NCBI GenBank assembly: GCA_951406725.2
Contig: OX597821.1
Span: 57,970,001-58,034,000, forward strand
DNA length: 64,000 nt
DNA from: Octopus vulgaris
Lineage: Eukaryota
Direction of reading: 5' to 3'
Shown: in pieces, positions 56,780-64,000 of the stretch
Layout: the number at the start of each line of letters is the position of its first letter
Position numbering within the stretch: position 1 is the first letter of the stretch
Notes under the pieces: generated by a model
Databases searched by the model: none
Told to the model about the DNA's origin: nothing
What the model saw: the letters and a program-made list of their open reading frames with translations, nothing else
Translations under genes and position numbers: made by a program

Positions 56780-58214
56780 GAGGAGCACTCCGTCGGTTGC
56801 GACGATGAGGGTCCCAGCTAATACGATCAACGGAACAGCTTGCTCGTGATATTAACGTGCAAGTGGCTGAGCACTCCACAGACACGTGTACCCTTAACGT
56901 AGTTCTCGAGAAGATTCAGCGTGACACACATAATGTGACAAGGCTGGCCCCTTTGAAATACAGGTACAAGAGAAACAGGAAGAAAGAGCGAGAGAAAGTT
57001 GTAGTGAAAGAGTACAGCAGGGTTCACCACCACCCCCTGCCGGAGCCTCGTGGAGTTTTAGGTGCTTTCGCTCAATAAACACTCACAATGCCCGGTCTAG
57101 GAATCGAAACCGCGATCCTCCGACCGCGAGTCCGCTGCCCTAACCACTGGGCCATTGCGCCTCCACAAACATTGAATATTGGTGGATCATTTCTAAGAAA
57201 ACTTCTGCTTAGTGTAAACATAAGATGCAGGATATTCTCGTTTGGAGCAGACAATTAAAAGTATGCACCTTCATAGACGTCAATTGCCGTCTCAGTTGTG
57301 GCGCTCCGTCGGTTACGACGACGAGGGGTCCAATTGATCCGATCAACGGAACAGCCGGCTTGTGGAATGAACATTGCAAGAGGTTGAGCACTCCACAGAC
57401 ACGTCTACTCTTAACGTAGTTCTCGAGAATATTCAGCGTAACACAGAATGTGACAAGGCTGGCCCTTTGAAATACAGGTACAAGAGAAACAGGAAGAAAG
57501 AGCGAGAGAAAGTTGTAGTGAAAGAGTACAGCAGGGTTCACCACCACCCCCTGCCGGAGCCTCGTGGAGTTTTAGGTGTTTTCGCTCAATAAACACTCAC
57601 AATGCCCGGTCTGGGAATCGAAACCGCGATCCTCCGACCGCGAGTCCGCTGCCCTAACCACTGGGCCATTGCGCCTCCACAAACATTGAATGCATACACA
57701 AACATTGAATATTGGTGGAACATTTCTAAGAAAACTTCTGCTTAGTGTAAAAATAAGATGCAGGATATTCTCGTTTGGAGCAGACAATTAAAAGTATGCA
57801 CCTTCATAGACGTCAATTGCCGTCTCAGTTGTGGCGCTCCGTCGGTTACGACGACGAGGGGTCCAATTGATCCGATCAACGGAACAGCCGGCTTGTGGAA
57901 TAAACATTGCAAGAGGTTGAGCACTCCACAGACACGTGTACTCTTAAAGTAGTTCTCGGGGAGATTCAGCGTAACACAGAATGTGACAAGGCTGGCCCCT
58001 TTGAAAGACAGGTACAACAGAAACAGAAAGAGAGAGTTAGAGAAAGATGTGGTGAAAGAGTTTCAGCAGGATTTGCCACCACCCCCGGTCGGAGCCTCGC
58101 GGAGCTTTAGGTGTCTTCGCTCAATAAACACTCAACTCCCGGTCAGGGAATCGAAACCGCGATCCTCCGACCGCGAGTCCGCTGCTCTAACCACTGGGCC
58201 ACTGCGCCTCCACA
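56780..58214 (-). mobile_element. Three tRNA-derived SINE copies with a duplicated spacer
   Basis: Heads ggaggcgca(a/g)tggcccagtggttag..gtttcgattcc (A and B boxes) ending near 57166, 57680 and 58214; spacer repeated at a 533-bp offset. Confidence 0.88.
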
Positions 58215-58314
58215 GCTGCCGTCTAATGTGCATGTGAATATCTCTTTAATAATTAAAGAGAAAGAGGATAACTACAGACATCTGCTTCGAAACTTTCAAC
58301 TTCTATATCTAGAT

Positions 58315-58725
58315 CAGCGGTTTTTCAACCGAGACCCATATAGCCCTTGGAGGTGCATATAAGATTTTGTTGTTAAAGCTTATCTGCAATTAATTAGTTT
58401 TATTCCAATACATAAAATATTTTAACAATAAATTCAACTTACGATGAAAGTAAACAAGCAATGTTTGCTATAGAAACGTTGAGATGTATTGAAATATACA
58501 GAAATAATTTATTCTCAAACACATGATAATGTGTTGTATAAGCATTATCATGCGTTTGAGAATAAATTATTTATGTATATTTTAACAATATTTTAATACA
58601 ATTCCTAATGATATTTAATTACAGAAATATAATAGAATTTTTTGAACATCGAATGGTTATGGGGATCCAACAGAGTAAGACAGAAATGAAAGGATCCAAA
58701 GGTAAAAAATGGCTGAGAACCACTA
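58315..58725. mobile_element. hAT (Charlie-like) MITE
   Basis: Imperfect TIRs cagcggtttttcaacc / ggctgagaaccacta; 8-bp TSD atctagat/acctagat; internal palindrome 58492-58582. Confidence 0.8.
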
Positions 58726-59029
58726 ACCTAGATTATAAATTCACAATTATGCCAATAATAATTGCTACACTTGGTTTTGTAACAATCTAGAAAAGATAGG
58801 GTTTTCAGGTAAAGTAACCAACCAGCTTACACGGACATTACGAATACAATCTGTAAGAGGAACAGTACAAATATGCAAGATTTTTCTCAAGTTTAAGAGG
58901 TGACATTGTTTTTGTTATCTACATTCTAACGATGGGGCATTGTATATTTGTTAGAAACCATCTGCTTTCTTAGAGGAAGTTTTCAAATAATTACAAACAG
59001 AAGAAAAGCGCACACATACATACATTCAT

Positions 59030-60682
59030 ACATACACAACAGTCTCTCTATCGCCCCCATTCCACACAAAGAATTTTAACAATACCAAAAAACAACTGGA
59101 ATTAATAACATTTTCAGCTGATATAGGCATGGAATTTGGCCAAAAGGAATGTTCATATTTGGTTATAGAGCAAGGAAAGTCAGTCTCCCAAACCCAAAAC
59201 CTGTGCATCAACGATCTCTCTATCTCCCTATTCCACACATAGAATGTTACATGTACCTAGGCATAGACGAAAATGCATCATATGAAGGAACTGTGAATAA
59301 AGATAGAGCGACCCGAGAATAATACATCAGACTTAGGAAAACATGAGTCGGAACTCTCCTCTTACAACAAAAATATATCCCACAATGCATTTGCAGTACC
59401 AGTGCTGATCCGAACATTTGGGACACTTGATTGGTCTGTAGAGGAAATCCACTCCATAGATATCAAAACCCGCAAAATCCTGACAACAACTAGCAACTTC
59501 CACAGAAACAGTGATGTTGTTAGGCTCTACCTAAGAAGAAATGGAGGTGATAGAGGCGTGAGATTAGTGCAGACGGCCTTCGAATGCCGTATGGTATCAC
59601 TCAGGCAGCACCTGCTAAACAACAGCAGCAAAAATAAATATATAACTGCAGTGCTGAAAAGTGAATTCAGCAGCATTGTACGAGTTGGTAGTGAGCTCCT
59701 CAAGAAGCACTCTCTTCCTAATTATCTCCTATACAGCCCCAAAACAGTTGGGCTCACTTACCTCAGAGAAGACCTGGATGGAAAGCACTCAGCATACAAG
59801 AAAAAGACTACGCATGGGTATGTTGCCCGGAAGCTTGAAAAAGACAGTAGAATTGACACGAAGCATAGCCTCTCTTGGACACAAGACCACTACATCACAT
59901 CACACTGAGGGATATGCGTTTGCAATCCAGAAACTGGAGATTACCACAAAGTACCTGGTGAACAAGAGAGACAATGACAGTCTTGCAATCCCAAGATGCA
60001 AGCTCATGCGTTGGCTATGTCATGTTTCTGTGGAAGACATCATGCATGTGATTAGCAGCTGCCGTCACGGTACTACCTCCCTATGCGGCACGATGTTGTT
60101 GCTAAAACAATTTATAATGTCATCCGCAAAAAAGACTCTCCTGAAATAAACTTAGGAAATCCCTCTGTTATGGAATACATTCATAAACACCAACTCAAGG
60201 AATACTGAAGGAACATTCCTATCAAAACTTCTGTCAAATGTAAACATAACAGGGCGGATATTGCTGTTTGGGACAGAGATGCAAAGCTATGTACCATCAT
60301 AGAGGTCAGCTGCCCAGCAGATATAAATACCTGTTTGAAAATCAAAGAAGAAGCGGATGTCTATGGACAACTGCTTCGAAACCTCCAGCTTCTATATCCA
60401 GATTACGAATTCATATTCGTACCAATAATAATCGGAGCACTAGGTTTTGCTAGTAAATGCTTAAAGGAGAATCTAGATAAACTGGGATTTTCAGAAAGAG
60501 AAATCAACCGGCTGATTCACACAAGTGCAATCTGTGAGTGGAACAGTAAAAATATGCAAGACTTTTCTCAAGTTCCAAATGTGAATTTTTTTGTGTTAAC
60601 TACATCCCAAAAATGGAACCTTGTATTATTGTTGGAAACCGGCTCCCTCCTCAGTGGAAGATTTATAATAATTAAAAAATAG
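59030..60682 (+). mobile_element. R4/Dong-like RLE non-LTR element, truncated and frameshifted
   Basis: DIGMEFG, NAFAVPVL..TFG.LDW, RLYL.R.GG.RG, KHNRADI, IEVSCP, VPIIIGALG. Confidence 0.88.
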
Positions 60683-62419
60683 AAGAGACAAACATATGTG
60701 TGCGTGCATGCGCATGTGTCGCCCTTGTGTCGCGCATACATGAAGCATAGCAGACAGTAGCGAAAACTATAGTATAATGCTTCAAAAGCGAGAAAAGTGT
60801 TCTATTTAAATGCCAAATCTTGTTTGAAGCCTTATACTGACAAAAATTTACTAGATTGCTTGCATCAACATGAGTTGATAGATATAAAGTCAGATCAGAA
60901 GTCAGAATTTCACCCCACTAATGAACAGGTCGAGTTTTCACAATAAACCGTATAAATAACAAGGGGATTATATGTCCATAAAAATGTCAACACCAGCAGA
61001 AATAACACGAACAGTTACAAGGAATAAGTGATCTAGTTTATATCAGTATAATTACCTGCTGTGTCTATAATCGATATTCTGTTAAAAGATATCATAAATG
61101 TCAGAGGTTGTCTTACATCGAAGGAAAAGAAAGAAACAATCTCCTGCTGCCCCCTGTGTTGATGAAATCCAATACCAAAAAATGTTAAAATAAGAGTCAA
61201 GTGTATGAAGTATAGTAGTGGTAAACTAATATACATCTAACAGATGTCATCATTTGTTGGTAGTACAATTATGAGCAAAGAGGAACAGCTAAAGCTGCAA
61301 CAACTAATCAGGATTTAATAACATTGATGATATGAAATGCTCGATTGATCCATACCAAAATAGCAATCGTTGTATCAATGTTAGAAGACAATGTTGTAGG
61401 TGTTGCTTTCATCCTAGAAACTTGATTCACTTCAAACGAAACACTTTTACACGGCAACACTCAATAGTTGATAAGCTTTCATTTTTATCATATATTTTGG
61501 AAAATCACCTATGAAATTTTATTCCGAAATAAACTAATCGATAAATCTCAATTCTTTTCATGTTTTGGATGTGTTGTTTGCAAGGTTGCATTTTTATCAA
61601 GCAAAAAATTCGATAGTATGTTACACTTACAAAGCTTGTAGCATTAGCAATCTCCATCATGAATTCAACAACTTATTCGACTTCGTTTCCACTCTAACAT
61701 ACGATCATTATCTTCAGTCACATCAACATTTATTAAAATAACACTCTAACACTTATTGACAAGTTGAAAGATCTCTTCCTGCTACAAGTAACCGACAAAT
61801 CTACCAATAAGATGGTTAACAACATATATGTTTATTTAACAGCTTTCAGATTTTCCTTCAATTGCATCGAATTAATAGACCCATCTGACACTGACTGCGG
61901 CGAATATGCTACAGCTACACAACAGAAATCTTCGTTCCTCAAAATATATCAATATTCGTGACTGTAGAAATACAGATGAACATCCAGATTTATATCGAAA
62001 TTAAATTACTTCAATTTCTCGGGTATTTCATCCTTTATTATTAGTTTCTCATGGCGCAGGAAGCAAATCTAGATATTCATGAAACCGTTTTACAAAAGTA
62101 ATTGCATGAAAATACCCCAATAGCAACGTTGCATGTTGTATTGTGTATGGACATATAATGTGAGTATATTATGCATGAATTATATATCTATGTATAACGT
62201 ATGTGTGTACGTATTTATGCATACATGTATGCGCGTTATATGCATGTATGCATGTATGTGCATCCTTGAATAGCAAGAGCAAAGAAGATAAAAGGAAACC
62301 ATACAAAAATGGGTTAGGTGAGAAAAGCTATCAAAAGAACGAATCGTCTAGAAGTGAACTCCTTGACTAGGTGATTGTGGAAAAACCAACCATACGACTG
62401 TCACAAATTACCTAAACCA

Positions 62420-63060
62420 AGTCAAGAATCCTTGTTTAGTCCTCTTCTTTCTACTAGGCTGGAACTTTTGACTCATCGCCAAAATATATCTTTGTTATAT
62501 CTTTTCAATAAGTATTTCCATGGACATTACTTTGATGAAATTTCCGGTCTAGTACCCTTTGTCAAGACATTTAACCCTTTCGTTACCTACCCGGCTGAAA
62601 CCGGCTCTGGCTTTGTAATACAAATGTCTTGTTTTCATAAGTTTTGAATTAAAATTTTCCACCAGACCTTAGTCACAATTTATGTTCCTAATGATAACGA
62701 AGTTATTTTTACTAAATTCTTTGTTATGTCTAAACTAATTGAAAGAAACACAGAGCATCTCAAAACAAATACAGTAACGAAAGGGTTAAACGTGACACCC
62801 GCTTCTCTTTCTAGGCGTATCGTTTCTCTGAAGAGTTTCCTGTAAGTCATATGTTCTTTTATTCCAGTAGCTTCTTTCCTCGAGCTACAGCTCTCTGGAA
62901 TTCATTACAATCATCTTGTTTTCCTCTGGACTATGATATTCAGTCCTATAAGTTTACTTTCAATCAGCAACTTTTCGATTTATAAGCCCCTTCTTTTCGT
63001 TTTTTGTAGTCCCTTATGCTACAATGGCCTCAAGCCTTATTTGGGATAAAATATAGTGTA
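62420..63060 (+). mobile_element. LINE (CR1/Jockey-group) 3' remnant interrupted by the piggyBac MITE
   Basis: LELLTHRQNISLLYLFNKYFHGHYFDEISGLVP, continuing after the MITE (SFPRATALWNSL). Confidence 0.65.
62575..62785. mobile_element. piggyBac-type MITE
   Basis: TTAA-CCCTTTCGTTAC...GTAACGAAAGGG-TTAA. Confidence 0.9.
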
Positions 63061-63141
63061 AAATAATGTTTCACTGGTAGAGTCTCAACAAAGCAAGGTA
63101 TACCTTTCTCTAGCGTGAACACATTACAGACTAGCAACATA

Positions 63142-63704
63142 TTGGGTTGTCCGGAAAGTTCATGCCGATTTTTAAAGGTAAGGAAAAAGTCAATAAATAC
63201 TTGCTATTACATTTTTAATCAAGAAAATATGAACCATTTTGTTGCACAATGCGTCTCCATCTTTCCTTTAACTTGAAAATACCCTCTTCCCAGAATTGAC
63301 GTGGTTTCATGGCAAAGAATTCATCAAGGTGTCTTTTTACGTTATCCAAGGAATTGAAATGTTTACCATTAAGACTATTCTGCAGAAACCTGAATAAGTG
63401 GAAATCTGAAGGAATATCTGGTGAATATGACGGGTGGGGTAACACATCCCAGCCGAGCTGCAGCAATTTTTGTCTGGTTCCCAAAGCATCAAGTGCCGAA
63501 AATGAACTTTCTTATCTTCCATTTTAAAGGGTTACAGAATTAACGCAGGTTATAGGAACATAAACCTTCTTCCACGAAAAGATAGCTTAAACTGTGCTCT
63601 AAATGGAGGGGCAGTTAAATCTTATTTTATGGACTCAACCATGTTCTAAACTAAGTCGAAATGTAAGCTACTATAAAGCAGCACGAACTTTCCGGACAAC
63701 CCAA
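63142..63704 (-). mobile_element. Internally deleted mariner transposon
   Basis: TA-flanked TIRs ttgggttgtccggaaagttc / gaactttccggacaacccaa; MEDKKVHFRHLML joined to LGWDVLPHPSYSPD..SDFHLFR. Confidence 0.92.
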
Positions 63705-64000
63705 TATTATGAACGATCATTTAACGATAAAACATGCGCTTGGATTTCTTCTCTCTTGCTACCGTAAAATGAAATCATCTCTGAACTAGCTAATTATGAA
63801 AACTCTATACTAGAAATTACAGTCAAATTACACTCTACTGCCTTAAAATGGACAGATACTTTGGATAGTGTATTCCGAGATAAAATATATTTGTAAAAGA
63901 AACAAATATGATTACATTTTCTGACGACCTTACATATTAGCCCAGGTCTGAAATGGAGCCAAATACGGAAACTTTTGATGGTTGTTTCTTTTTTTATGAT

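Larger units (their letters stand above)
55920..58990 (+). mobile_element. Highly degenerate R4/Dong-like element interrupted by SINEs and a hAT MITE; another fragment near 55260-55440
   Basis: Homology to 59030-60682; ISLIIKEKEDNY..LLRNFQLLYLD|YKFTIMPIIIATLG. Confidence 0.7.

Noticed and set aside
57080-57166. tRNA-like sequence
   Set aside because: SINE head continuing into the SINE body; not a stand-alone tRNA
56780-58214. CRISPR-like repeat/spacer array
   Set aside because: Eukaryotic SINE copies with identical spacers; no cas genes
61033-61961. Short non-repetitive ORFs or possible exons
   Set aside because: No recognisable domain and weak splice evidence

Overview
AT-rich, microsatellite-dense animal genomic DNA. 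The tRNA-derived SINE families and repeat landscape suggest an octopus (cephalopod) genome; this is inferred, not verified. The dominant feature is a very young, apparently intact Penelope-like retroelement (Neptune-type, RT plus C-terminal GIY-YIG) at 3638-9697. It sits in partial-tandem (pseudo-LTR) form inside a (TA)n tract, with a variant minimal hammerhead ribozyme in each repeat. Many other short inserts between (TA)n tracts also carry hammerhead motifs and/or fold-back inversions, forming a diverse ribozyme-bearing PLE-end population. The window also holds a frameshifted CR1-group LINE, several R4/Dong-type RLE retroelement fragments (three stacked in one AAT tract), mariner, Tc1, piggyBac and hAT remnants, and many SINEs. 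One host exon is likely: a minus-strand first coding exon resembling a peropsin/RGR-type opsin N-terminus (21689-21791). Most short ORFs in the track are microsatellite artefacts. All RNA folds were read by eye.
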